From Mobula hypostoma (taxonomy: Eukaryota), in NCBI RefSeq assembly GCF_963921235.1, contig NC_086108.1, forward strand, positions 15,562,001 through 15,626,000: DNA of 64,000 bases, written 5' to 3'. Position 1 is the stretch's first letter. The number at the start of each line of letters is the position of its first letter. Position numbers and translations under genes: made by a program. A model generated the notes under the pieces. That model searched no databases and was not told the origin of the DNA. It saw nothing but the letters and a program-made list of their open reading frames with translations. Positions 1-11,230 of the stretch are shown piece after piece.

Positions 1-1054
1 GATGGCTCCTGCTGCTACCTCACCTACATCTGTGCAAAGAGCCTGTCAGCAGAAATGCAAGTACTACAGTGTAGGCCACAAGTAAATTTATAATGAGTCA
101 TTTTTGATTGCTATTTATGCAATTAATAATGTATTAGATTTTCCTTCAGTGATGTTACAGCTGGTGCTGGGGTTCATCTCAGGAAGTTTGGCATTGCATT
201 CTTTTAGCTCTGTTTAGGCTAATTGCTCAAACTCTTGGGTCCTACGTATGCACTCTACCTGTTTCATGAACCTGTCTTTATACAGTAACGTGGCTGCAAG
301 CTGACTAGCCCAGTCCCGTTATATTCATTTGTTACGCTCCAGGATAGCGTTACAGTGAATGGCTGTGAGCCTGTGTGCGCTTGGCAACTGTTACCAAGAG
401 ACATAAAGAGAGAAAGCAGCTCGGATAGCCATTGGCGGTTCAGCTGCTGCTGCTCATTTGGAAGCAGGAAACCAAGGTAGCTGGAGTAGAGAATTCTTCC
501 GCATCAGCTGTGATGGTGCAGACAAGGGGCTCAGGTGCAGCTGCTGAGGGACAAGAGTATGCAATAGCAGCGCTAATGTGCCACTGAAAGGATTGCTTCT
601 CCAGCACAATGAAGGTGCCAGACTCCTTGCTAATTCACGAGATTGCTGCATAATTCTGTCGGCGTTCCTTTTCGCAAGTCCGTAGCACTGATTAATGTAT
701 ATGGAAGGCTGAGGATTTCAAATTGTGCAGGAATACAGCTTGCACTGCTATTTTTGCCCACTTCGCTTACTTATCAATTGATTTCCTGATGCTGTCAGTA
801 TTTCAGAAGACTTCAACGGGAGAAGAAATGTAGCATGTAGAGAGCAGTGTGAGAGGCTTGTGCATTTCTCCCAGGGCTCGCCGTCTTTTCCCGCTCTTCA
901 TACAATAGCTCTCAATGAACAGCTGGAAGCAGTACACTGGAGGGAGCTCGTCAACGGCATTGCAATACTGAGGTGTGTCAGCAGTCCGCTGTTGCTGAGG
1001 AGGCATGTGCAGCTGTTAAACGCTGACTGCAGAGACCAACAAGAGCAGCAGAGT

Positions 1055-1114
1055 GAGCCGGAGGAGCGGAACGAGCCGGAGGAGCGGAACGAGCCGCAGA
1101 AACAGCAGCAGCAG
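1055..1114 (+). repeat. 18-bp tandem repeat (GAGCCGGAGGAGCGGAAC x2.3) followed by a short CAG run upstream of GPR52
   Basis: Units at 1055-1072 and 1073-1090, partial unit 1091-1096, then CAGAAA(CAG)4. Confidence 0.9.
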
Positions 1115-1176
1115 TAACAGATGCCTTGCCAGCGATCTGCAGTCACTGTGGACTGTAGCCCACACCCATCTGTGTC

Positions 1177-2256
1177 ATGAACCACTCCACGACTGAATGG
1201 AATTCTAGGAGCCTGAGCAATACCTCAGCCAACTTATCCAATCACCACGCTTGCCCTCTCGGCTTTGGCTACAACGACATGGTTGATGTATGTGTTTTAG
1301 AGACTGTGATTATTGTGCTGTTGACAGTCCTGATCATTGTGGGGAATCTGACAGTCATCTTTGTGTTCCACTGTGCCCCTCTCCTTCACCACTACACCAC
1401 CAGCTATTTCATCCAGACGATGGCCTATGCCGACCTGCTGGTAGGGGTAAGCTGCTTGGTTCCTGCTCTCTCCCTCCTTCACTACTCCACAGGTATGCAA
1501 GAGTCCCTGACCTGCCAGGTGTTTGGGTACACCATTTCAGTGTTGAAAAGCGTTTCTATGGCATGCCTAGCATGCATCAGTATTGACCGTTACCTTGCCA
1601 TTACCAAACCATTGTCCTACAGCCAGCTGGTAACTCCATGCCGCCTTAGGATCTGTATCATTCTTATATGGATTTACTCTGGGACAGTGTTCTTGCCCTC
1701 ATTCTTTGGATGGGAGAAACCCGGATATCATGGAGACATCTTTGAATGGTGTGCCACCTTTTGGGAAACTAATGCGTACTTCACAGGCTTTATAGTCTGC
1801 TTGTTATATGCCCCAGCAGCCTTCATTATCTGTTTCACCTACTTCCACATATTTAAAATCTGCCGGCAACACACCAAAGAAATCAACGAACGCCGTGCCC
1901 GATTCCCCAGCCAGGAGGTGGAATCTGCTGAAGGTAGCCCCAGCCCCGACCGGCGCTATGCAATGGTCCTGTTTCGGATTACAAGTGTCTTCTACGTGCT
2001 GTGGCTTCCCTACATTGTTTATTTCCTGCTGGAGAGCTCACGTGTGCTGGAAAGCCCTTCGCTGTCCTTTGTGACAACTTGGCTGGCCATCAGCAACAGC
2101 TTCTGCAATTGCCTCATCTACAACCTCTCAAACAGCGTCTTCAGGCTGGGATTACGGAGACTATGGGAGACCCTCTGCTCACTGAGCAGGTGTTTTGGAG
2201 ATGAAGCTCTGCGAGATCCCATACCCAGGAAAAGAGCTCATTCCTGCTCCATATGA
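1177..2256 (+). CDS. GPR52: G-protein-coupled receptor 52 (class A orphan GPCR), intact single-exon ORF, 359 aa
   Basis: ATG..TGA ORF with 7 hydrophobic segments, GN in TM1, DRY in TM3, LWLP in TM6 and NCLIY (NPxxY variant). [43 protein letters not shown] and the C-terminal [10 protein letters not shown] match my recollection of GPR52 rather than its paralog GPR21. Confidence 0.95.
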   Translation: MNHSTTEWNSRSLSNTSANLSNHHACPLGFGYNDMVDVCVLETVIIVLLTVLIIVGNLTVIFVFHCAPLLHHYTTSYFIQTMAYADLLVGVSCLVPALSLLHYSTGMQESLTCQVFGYTISVLKSVSMACLACISIDRYLAITKPLSYSQLVTPCRLRICIILIWIYSGTVFLPSFFGWEKPGYHGDIFEWCATFWETNAYFTGFIVCLLYAPAAFIICFTYFHIFKICRQHTKEINERRARFPSQEVESAEGSPSPDRRYAMVLFRITSVFYVLWLPYIVYFLLESSRVLESPSLSFVTTWLAISNSFCNCLIYNLSNSVFRLGLRRLWETLCSLSRCFGDEALRDPIPRKRAHSCSI

Positions 2257-3636
2257 TGATTCACCTATCCGGAGGAGATACACCAGTCTGGCATTCTGTA
2301 TGGTCTTGCACCTTTATGTGAAGATGTGTAAAAGAGCAAAGACATCAATGACCAAAGGGCTCCTTGAAAATGTGGAATGTGGGCACAAGAGGAAGGAATT
2401 TATCCCCTCCACCTGTTTTGTCATTTGGTTAGGACATTGCTTAACATCATCTGTCCTCTTTGGTTCTGTACCCATAATATTCAAAATGGCTTTGTAACCT
2501 TTAGCATCTTTGCCCTAGACAAAGTAGCAATATATTTTGAAATTTTCAATTGAACCTCAGACTTTGGTGTGAAGTTCTAGACATCTACTACTCCAAATAG
2601 GGTGAAAGCCTCCACAGTTTGGAAATGCAGTGGAACTCAATTGATGTTTTAACCATTGAAAGCCCTCAGCTCCACTCTTAGAGTAACTGACTGGTTAGTA
2701 GATTGCACTTACCGCATTGTAATAAGGAATAGAAAAGCTGAGGAGTGAAGTCAGTTTTGTGAAGAGTGCACATTGTGACACTCTATCAATTGTTCACTGT
2801 CTGGTCACTGGGAGTATGGTGCAGTAATTTGTACAACTTTCTGTAGGAACCTTAACACTTTTACTCGGTGTCATCTTCGGTGGTAGGCAGCAGTTCTTTA
2901 TAATATTTCAGTGTCAGCTTGCAGATGTACTAAATAATAGGTGGAGTTTATTCTTTGTCTGCATCTGATGTATTTTCACATGTTCAGTAGTTCAAGGCGA
3001 ACAGTTTGAATTTGAGCAGGAATTGAATTCATTTTCAAATTTAAACACTAAAAGTAAAGGCATACAGTGCAGTTAATCATTATTATCCCAAAAGATGCTA
3101 CTCGTCATTGTGTCTGCAACAATGACTTGGCTCGTACCGTCTGTGGTTCTGGCACAGTTGAGGAGAGCTTAGTGAACGAAAGTGTTGCAAATGCCCACCT
3201 GGCTTGCTCATTTCGCAGGCATCGGGATTAATTATTTGGAGAATTAAGGAGAGAATCTTCTGATTTTCTTCATATTATTGTGCCACTCAGGAATATGTCG
3301 TAAAAAGGAAAACAGTACTTGTATTGATGTTAGTGTGAATGATGCTGATTAACCCCTTGAGTTCTCCAGTTCCAACACTGTTGGTCAGCATTGACTGGGG
3401 CGGAATTGTGCAGCATTCCTCCACTTTAAATGTCAAGCGGCAAAGCCAGCTTTCCGTTGATATGACAGATGCAAAAACGTTGCTGCGGCACACAAAGGGC
3501 TATGTACTGTGCGATAAGGAAGAGTTAAGCAGTAAGAATGTAACATTAAATTATTGCAAAACTATTTATTGATTTATTAACTTTTACATTAAAAACAGAT
3601 ATATAATCTATTTCAACCGCCTGTATTCTTGAGGTC

Positions 3637-3745
3637 AATAAATGGATAATGCTAAATTGAATGAGTATAATCGTCTCCCAGTTCAATACATTCAGCCACA
3701 GGCTTCGACTGCTTATTAATGCATGGGTTGGATTTATTCAATAAA
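3637..3745 (+). terminator. Candidate polyadenylation signals for GPR52
   Basis: AATAAA at 3637-3642 and 3740-3745, plus ATTAAA near 3545 and 3588, at the end of the repeat-free stretch downstream of the stop. No transcript evidence. Confidence 0.3.
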
Positions 3746-4804
3746 GGCACACTTGGGTACTGGAATGGGTCTTTTAAAAGACTGCATTTTCACAGCTTTT
3801 GACTTTTGTCAGTACGAGATGCATTATGCTTCATTTCACTTCACAATTCTTTCTCAGGATACATGAACACAAGGAAGCAGGAGTAGAAGTAGGCTATTCG
3901 GCTTCAAGCCTGGTCTGCCATTTGTTCTGATCTTGGCTGATCTACCCCAGGCCTCAACAGCTGTTCTTGCCAATTGGTATTTGGTATTCTCACTTGTGAA
4001 TTGTATTTTCACCAAGGGAAAAGCTTTTGTTTGTGTGACATCCAGACAGATCATTCCTTACATAAGTATATCAAAGTAGTAGACATGAAAAATATAGGAC
4101 TGTCGAATTTAGTGTTAAAGTTGCAGAGAAAGTGCAGTGCAGGTAGACAAGTAAGATGCAAGGACCATGCCAAGGTAGATTGAGCGATCAAGAGTTCACC
4201 TTTATCATATAAGAGGTCTTTTTGAGAGTCTTAACATCAAAAATTCATCCTCCACCAGCTTAAAGACTACTGATAACCTCTACAGTCCTCTGGGATAGGG
4301 CAGAGTCTCTCTTCCAGTACAGCTTTGCTGCCAAATAGCAGTCTTCACAAATCACCTCCCTCCATTTCTGCTCTTTCTCTAAGTTGCCCATCTTCAAGGT
4401 GTCAGTTGACCCAGCTCTTTAACATATCTTCACTTTTCTCATTTCTGTTTTTTGAATAAAAGCGTAAAGTCTGTTCTGCAGAGCTGTATCCATATAGTCC
4501 AACGAGCAATTTCTGCTGCCCCAAAATTGAGCACCTTAGAAAGATATGGTTCTGGAAGTTTTCAGCTTGGAAGGTTGCTCTCTGCTCAAGTTTGCTGTGT
4601 GGGGGTGAGGGCGGGCAAAGGTCTGTGGTGACAATACTCGAGGTGAAGCACTGGTCTCAGGTGTGTCATTTTCAGTTGTGTAGTGCTACGTTCCAGTATG
4701 ATGCCATTGCATTTACTATTGTGTAATTGCATTTTCTTTGTAAACTGGGATTTCTCGTTCAATTAAAGGAAACCAATTGCTATTGGAGGTACAGCAACAT
4801 GTCA

Positions 4805-4950
4805 GCTGTGCTCAGTAGTACTCTTGCTGTGAGTTAGAAAGTTGTGTGTTCAAACCCTGTCCACTCCAACCCCCCTCCCCCCACCACGCCCAACATAATT
4901 TAGGGAGGGACTGCTGCATGTTTTCAATTGAAACATTGAATCAAGAGCAC
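4805..4950 (+). mobile_element. Degenerate 5' part of a tRNA-headed SINE (SacSINE1/DeuSINE-like)
   Basis: CTCAGTAGTACTCTTGC..GAGTTAGAAAGTTGTGTGTTCAAACCC resembles the A/B-box head of shark DeuSINEs (from recollection). Confidence 0.4.
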
Positions 4951-4959
4951 GACTGAGAA

Positions 4960-6733
4960 CAACTAATAAAGTAGTAAGAGAAAAGATGAAAGATAAGCTA
5001 GCCAATAACATAAAAGAGGATACCAAAAGTTTTTTTCAGATCTATGAAGTGTAAAAGAGAGGCGAGAGTGGATATCAGACCGCTGGAAAATTACATTGGA
5101 GACATTGCAATGGTGGACAAACTTAAAGTATTATACACCTGTCTTCACTGTGGAAGACACTAACAGAATGCCAGAAATTCAAGAGTGTCAGCAGAGCAGA
5201 AGTGAGTGTAGTCACTATTACTAAGGACAAGGTGCTTGGGAACCTGAAAGGTCTGAAGGTGGACATGTAACCTGGACCAGATGGACTACACCACAGGGTT
5301 CTGAAAGAAGTGGCTGAAGAGATTGTGGAGGCATTCGTAATAATCTTTCATGAATCACTAGAATCTGGAATGGTTCTGGAGGACTGGAAAACTGCAAATG
5401 TCACTCCCTCTAAGAAGGGAGTGAGGCAGAAGAAAGGAATTTATAGGCCAGATAGCCTTACTTGAGTGTTTGGTAAGATGTTAGAGTCCATTATTAAGGA
5501 TGAGGTTTTGGGGTACTTGGAGGCACATGATTAAATAGACTAAGGTCAACATGGTTTCCTTAAGGGGAAATCTTGCTGCCAAATTTGTTGGAATCCTTTG
5601 AAGAAATAACAGGCAAGCTAGACAAAGGAGAGTCAGTAGATGTTGTTTACTTGGATTTTCAGAAGGCTATTGACAAGGTGCCAAACATGAGGCTACTAAA
5701 GAAGATAAGAGCCCATGGTATTACAGGAATTACACTAGCATTGATAGAAAATTGGCTGACTTGCAGGAGGTAAAGAATGGGAATAAAGAGAGCATTTTCT
5801 GGCTGGCTGCGCTAACTAGTGGTGTCCTGCACAGGGGTCAATGTTGGGACTGCTTCTTTTTACGTTATACACCAATGATTTGGATGACAAAATAGATGGC
5901 TTTATGACCAAGTTTCCAGATGATCCAAAGATGGGTGGAGGGGCAGGTAATGTTGAGGAACTAGAGAGGCTACAGAAGGACTTGGACAGTTTAGGAGAAA
6001 GGGCTCAGAAGTGGCAGATGGAATACAGTTTCAGGAAGTGTATGGTCATGCACTTTGGTAGAATGAATAAAGGCATATATTTTAGACAGAGGGCAAATTC
6101 AGAAATCAGAGGTGCAAAGAAACTTGGGGTCCTTGTTCAGGATTCCCTAAAGGTTGATTTGCAGGTTGAGTCATTGATAAGGAAGGTAAGTGCAATGTTA
6201 GCATTAATTTCAAGAGGACTAGAATATAAAAGCAAGGATGTAATGCTGAGGCTTTATAAGGCATTGGTCAGACTGCACTTGCAGTTTTGGACCCCTTATC
6301 TAAGAAAGAATGTGTTGGCATTGGAGAGGGTCCAGTGGAGGTTCATGAGAGTGATTCTGGGAATGAAAGGGTTAATGTATGATGCAAATTTGGCTCTGAG
6401 CCTGTACTCGCTGGAGGTTGAATGAAGTGGGATCTCATTGAAATCTATCAAATATTGAAAGGCCTAGATATAGTGAATGTGAAGAGAATGTTCTGTACAT
6501 TGGGGGAGCTTACAACCAGAGGGCACATCTCAGAATACATGAGAATAAATGGGAAGAAATTTCTTTAGCCAGTGGGTGGTGAATCTGCAGAAGTCATTGT
6601 CACAGACACCTATGGAGCCCAAGTCACTGGTTATATTTAAAGTGGATGTTGCTAGGTTCTTGATTAGAAAGGGTGTCAAAGGTTACTGAGAGAAGACAGG
6701 AGGATGGAATTGAGAAGGAGAATAAATCAGCTA
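4960..6733 (+). mobile_element. CR1 LINE, 5'-truncated, decayed ORF2 (RT) and 3' end
   Basis: ORF fragments with YLDFQKAIDKV, LLFTLYTNDLD, FPDD (from FADD) and LYKALVRLHL; multiple stops and frameshifts. Confidence 0.9.
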
Positions 6734-7609
6734 TGCATTCTATGAATAAATTTAAAATGAAAAGAAATTATGTTTCTAGAACTATCACTTTGCAGGGGAG
6801 ATGCCACAAATGGTTTGCTAAAACCTTGCTTTAGAGTTCCCCTTTTCCTGATAGAAGGAAGTTTATAGACCTTAATAGAGGGCCCATCCCCTCAGCACGC
6901 TGATGTGTACCAATTAGCTTGTCTTAGTCTTTCTGAAGATGAGGATGAAAAGGACCTTGACATTGAAATATATAAATATAGGCTGAAGGGGTTTTGGAAT
7001 TGGTTTATTATTGTCACATGTATTGAGATACAGTGAAAAGCTTAGATGTGGGACCTCGTTGAATGCAAGTTTTAATGGATTAAATATAAGGAATGCTGGT
7101 TCCCTTGATGAGTGATTTAAAAACATACCTTTACTATACTCACTGTAACCTGGAATGTGCTGGCTTGACATTTGGTAAAGCTATGGAAACAATAAAAGCT
7201 TGAGAATGTGGCCTTTCCCTTCCATTACTGGAAGTGATATAAGGTATCTTGGTCACACTGCTGTTTTCCTGTTAACCTTTACTCCCCACCTAGATGTAAT
7301 TAAATCATCCAGATGGTCTAATTAAAAGTGAAAGTATGCAGAGACCTGAAACAGAAATGGTTCCAGGCAAGTTCCTTGGAAAGGTTGATGCCAGGGAAGT
7401 GGAGTTTCGACTGTGAGACAATTTGCTGAATGCATGTAGATCCCACTATGACTTAGCTCTGTTGTATATTATAACTTGCCCATTTTACATTCCTCCTCAG
7501 CATTGTGATATCCTTCTAAGAATATTTATAATTTTTTAATGTTATCTAAATACTGTATGTGGCACTGTTAACAGTACTTTCTCTAAGCCATTTAGTGAAG
7601 CTATATTCC

Positions 7610-7990
7610 AGTGTTTTTCCTCTGTACTTTCATCAGCTCAATTGCATCGATCCCATAGTATGATGACCAGAACATGACACTTCAAAAGTGGCTTAAACAG
7701 TGTTTTGTAAAATTGCAATATATCTTCTCAACTTTTATATTCTATGCCCCAATCTCTGAAGGAGTCTTGTTACGTACCACCTTCACCCTATCAACCAGTG
7801 TTATCACTTTTAGAGAACTATGGGTTTGGATCCCCAGATCACTTTGTTTGTCATTATTCCATAATGCCCTACCATGTACATTGTCTTGCCCTTATTTGAC
7901 CTCTTAAAATGCATCATCTTGCATTTGTCAGGATTAACTTCTATCTGATCTACTTTTTGGTGCAATCTTAGACAACTTATGATTATGCTT
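7610..7990 (-). mobile_element. Old CR1 ORF2 fragment
   Basis: Reverse strand resembles the LYKTLVRPHLEYCVQFWSP-coding region of the other CR1 copies in the window. Confidence 0.6.
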
Positions 7991-8019
7991 TCTAGAACAT
8001 CATCAATACTGATATACTC

Positions 8020-9630
8020 TTCTAGACTGAAGGCCTATAGGTATGGGGAGAGATTGAATAGGCGAGGCTTATTTTTCCTAGAATAGTGAAGGCTGAGGTG
8101 TGAAGCATATAAAATCATAAGACACGCTAATGGATAGACAGTCAAAATCTTTTTATCCGTGAAAGGGGTTATGGAAAACAAAAGGATAATTGTTTAAGGT
8201 GAGAAGAATGAGTTTCAATGGGAAATTAAGGTGTAAGATTTTACAACAGAGTAGTTGATGTCTGGAACTCGCTGCCAAAGGTGGTGGTGGAATCAGACGC
8301 AGTCACTATGTTTAAGGGACATTGACATGATACCTAAATAGGCAGGGCATAGAAGGATGTAATTCTTTTTCAATATTTTTATTGATTTCTATATAGAAGA
8401 ATACAGAGTTCAAGAGAATACATATTATAAAACAAAAGACAGAATATAATAATACCAAATACAGTATATTGAATCACATTAACAAACTCCTTACTCTATA
8501 TTCATATAGATTGGATTAATTCGTATATTAGAATAGAATATAAACAATTTTATTAAAAAAGATCTACACCCACTACCAAAGTCGAAGCTGTTTGGGGAAT
8601 AAAAGGAAAAAAGAAACTTATCAGATAATAAAATATACTAGTAACCAACTTCTGTACTTTAACAAGAAGTCAAAGATTATGAAAATAATTTAAAAATGGC
8701 TCCCACAAATTTTGAAAATCTTGGTTAGATTCAGAAATTGAACATGATTAGGTGGAACAGCATCCTTCCATTTAAACAAAAGCACCCTCCTAGCCATAAG
8801 AGAGATAAAAGCCAAAATGTGCAGATCAGATGTCTTCAAAATGATATCTTTACTTCCAACAGTACCAAATAGGGCAGTCAAAGGATTAGGCTTAAAATTT
8901 TCTTTAAAGAGTACAGAAAAAGTTTGGAATACTTCCTTCCAATATTTTCCAAGACTTGGGCACATCCAAAACATATGAATAAGTGAAGTTTCTCCATTGT
9001 TACACCTATCACAGTAGGGAGATATATCCCTATAAAAATGAGATAATTTATCCTTGGTCATATAAGCCCTATGAACCACTTTAAATTGTAGGAGGGAATG
9101 ACGAGCACATAGTGATGAAGTATTAACCAATTTAAAAATCTCATTCCAAGTTTCTTCAGAAATTGAGGTCTGTAAGTCTTGTTCCCAAAGATTTTTAATC
9201 TTGTCTAGAGAATCATTTCTCATTCCCAACAACTATCATAAATATTGGATATTGAACCATTATAGAATGGTTTCATGTTAAGAATTTCATCTAATATGTT
9301 CTTATCAGGTCTATTAGGAAGTGTATATAATTGAGATCGCAGAAAATCTCTAATTTGTAAGTACCGAAAAAAATGAGTTTTTGGTAAACTATATTTAGTT
9401 GACAATTGTTCAAACGAAGAAAGACTTCCTCCCACAAACAGATCCCGGAAGCATGTAATGCCCAATCCTTCCCAATGCTTAAAGACTACATCAGTCATAG
9501 AAGGCTTAAAAAAATAATTTAAGAGGATGTAATTCTAATGTGGCTAAATGGGATTAATGTAGATGAGCAAAAAGGTTGGCGTGGATATAGTGGGCTATCT
9601 GTGCTGTACAACTCTGACTTCATGACTATG
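8020..9630 (+). mobile_element. CR1 3' fragment interrupted by an L1 insertion
   Basis: CR1 3'-end sequence at 8020-8366 resumes at 9524-9630. Confidence 0.7.
8367..9523 (-). mobile_element. L1-clade LINE, 5'-truncated (ORF2 C-terminus with zinc knuckle, 3'UTR, A-rich tail)
   Basis: Minus-strand ORFs FFRYLQIRDF, QFKVVHRAY and CDRC..HMFWMC. 13-bp TSD AGGATGTAATTCT at 8354-8366 and 9524-9536. Confidence 0.9.
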
Positions 9631-9739
9631 AGATGAAAAAGATCAGCTGGACACAGTTAGCATTCCACAATGGAATCTTCTCATTGATGATAATCTTGGC
9701 AAGTTTCTGAAGGCAGTGGATCAATATCATTGATAAATC

Positions 9740-10325
9740 ACAATCAAGTTTATTATAATTTATAAACTACAATATAAAATATTAAAAATAAATATTGTAC
9801 TAAGAAAGAAAAATTATGAAATATTGTTCATGAGTCATGAACACTACTTGATGGTGAAGGGTAAAAAGCTGTCCCTAAAATATTTAGTGTGTATCTTCAG
9901 ACTCCTGTACCCCTCCCTGATGGTAATAATGAAAAGAGAGCATATCCTGGATGGTAAGGGTCCTTAATGGTGGATGCCACCTTGAGGCACCTCCTTTTGA
10001 AGATGTCCTCGATGGTGGGGAAGCAGATGCCCATGATGAAGCTGGCTAAGTCTACAATTCTCTGCAGCCTTTTCATCCTCTGCATTGCAGCCTTCATACT
10101 GGGCAGTGAAACAGCCAGTTGACAATACATTTATATAAATATGTTGAGTTTTTGGTGACATACAAATCTCCTCAAACTCCTAATGAAGTAGAGCCACTGG
10201 CATGCCTTCTTCATGATTGCATCAATATGTTGCCCCAAGATAGATCCTTTGAGATCTTGCTGCCAAGGAACTTGAAGCTGCTCACCGTTTCCACTGCTGA
10301 CCCCTCGATGAGGACTGATATGTAT
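9740..10325 (-). mobile_element. Rex1/Babar-type LINE 3' fragment
   Basis: KKACQWLYFIRSLRRF and IKDPYHPGYALFSLLPSGR motifs. Confidence 0.8.
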
Positions 10326-10499
10326 TCTCTCAAAAAGTGCCAAATGACTCAAACTCTAGTAGGCACTGTTCACCCCTATTCGTTCTTGTTGTGTTGTAGA
10401 GTCCAAAAGTTAAATTATTAGATATTAATAAAATCATGGAAGTGTTTGCAAGGTTAGATGTTATGAATATGCTTTCATCTTAGGATAATCCAAAATTAG

Positions 10500-10690
10500 T
10501 CGGCAGCACAGTAGTTAATGCTGTTGCTTTGTACCGCCCAAACACCTGGGTTTGATCCTGGCAACCATGTGAAAGAATGCATGTTCTCTTTGTGACTCTG
10601 TGGGTTTTTTTCCAGGTGTTTTGTTTCTTTACCACATCCCAAAGGTGTGCTGGTGAATTGGCTATTATAAATTACCCTAAGAATTGAGGA
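10500..10690 (+). mobile_element. V-SINE (HE1-like) copy
   Basis: tRNA-like head with GGGTTTGATCC, followed by V-domain-like TGCATGTTCTC..GTGGGTTT..CCAGGTG..TTTC..CCACATCCCAAAG. Confidence 0.65.
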
Positions 10691-10811
10691 GGAGTTGATA
10701 GGCATGTGTGAAAGAATCAGTTTCAGGAGGGATAGTGGGACAAACCTTATGTGTTGTAATATGTAAGTTGAAAAAGAAAGCAATTACGATGAGCTTCAGT
10801 GTTTCTGGAGA

Positions 10812-11230
10812 CGCAAAGACGAGGAAATCTGCAGATGCTGGAATTTCAAGCAACACACATAAAAGTTGCTGGTGAACGCAGCAGGCCAGGCAGCATACCC
10901 CTTGCCCATCCTCTGGGCTTTTTCCCCCCCATCCCCCTTTTCTTTCTCCCTAGGCCTCCCGTTCCATAATCCTCTCATATCCTTTTTGCCAATCAACTGT
11001 CCAGCTCTTGGCTCCATCCCTCCCCCTCTTGTCTTCTCCTATCATTTTGGATCTCCCCCTCCCACTTTCAAATCTCTTACTAGCTCTTCCTTCAGTTAGT
11101 CCTGACGAAGGGTCTCAGCCCGAAACATCAACTGTACATCTTCCTAGAGATGCTGCCTGGCCTGTTGCGTTCACCAGCAACTCTTGTGTCTGTTGCTTGA
11201 AATTCCAGCATCTGCAGATTTCCTCGTGTT
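10812..11230 (+). mobile_element. Penelope-like element 3' end with inverted 5' segment
   Basis: 10820-10896 is the reverse complement of ~11150-11228. The body matches the 3'UTR/pLTR of the GIY-YIG element at 24763-25719. Confidence 0.85.
11098..11133 (+). ncRNA. Degenerate minimal hammerhead ribozyme motif (Penelope-associated)
   Basis: AGTC-CTGACGA-AGGGTCTCAGCCC-GAAA-CA-TC-AACT. Core present; palindromic ACGT changed to ACAT and stem I mismatched. Confidence 0.6.

Noticed and set aside
454..1500. Antisense ORFs around the GPR52 leader
   Set aside because: Short, low-complexity shadow frames with no support.
1177..2256. GPR21, or a processed pseudogene
   Set aside because: The sequence fits GPR52 better at both termini and in the loops. 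The ORF is intact, and an intronless CDS is normal for this gene.
2195..2497. 100-aa ORF overlapping the GPR52 3' end
   Set aside because: No recognisable motif; most likely a chance frame in the 3'UTR.
10500..10570. tRNA genes at SINE heads
   Set aside because: Only degenerate A/B boxes followed by SINE bodies; no cloverleaf.
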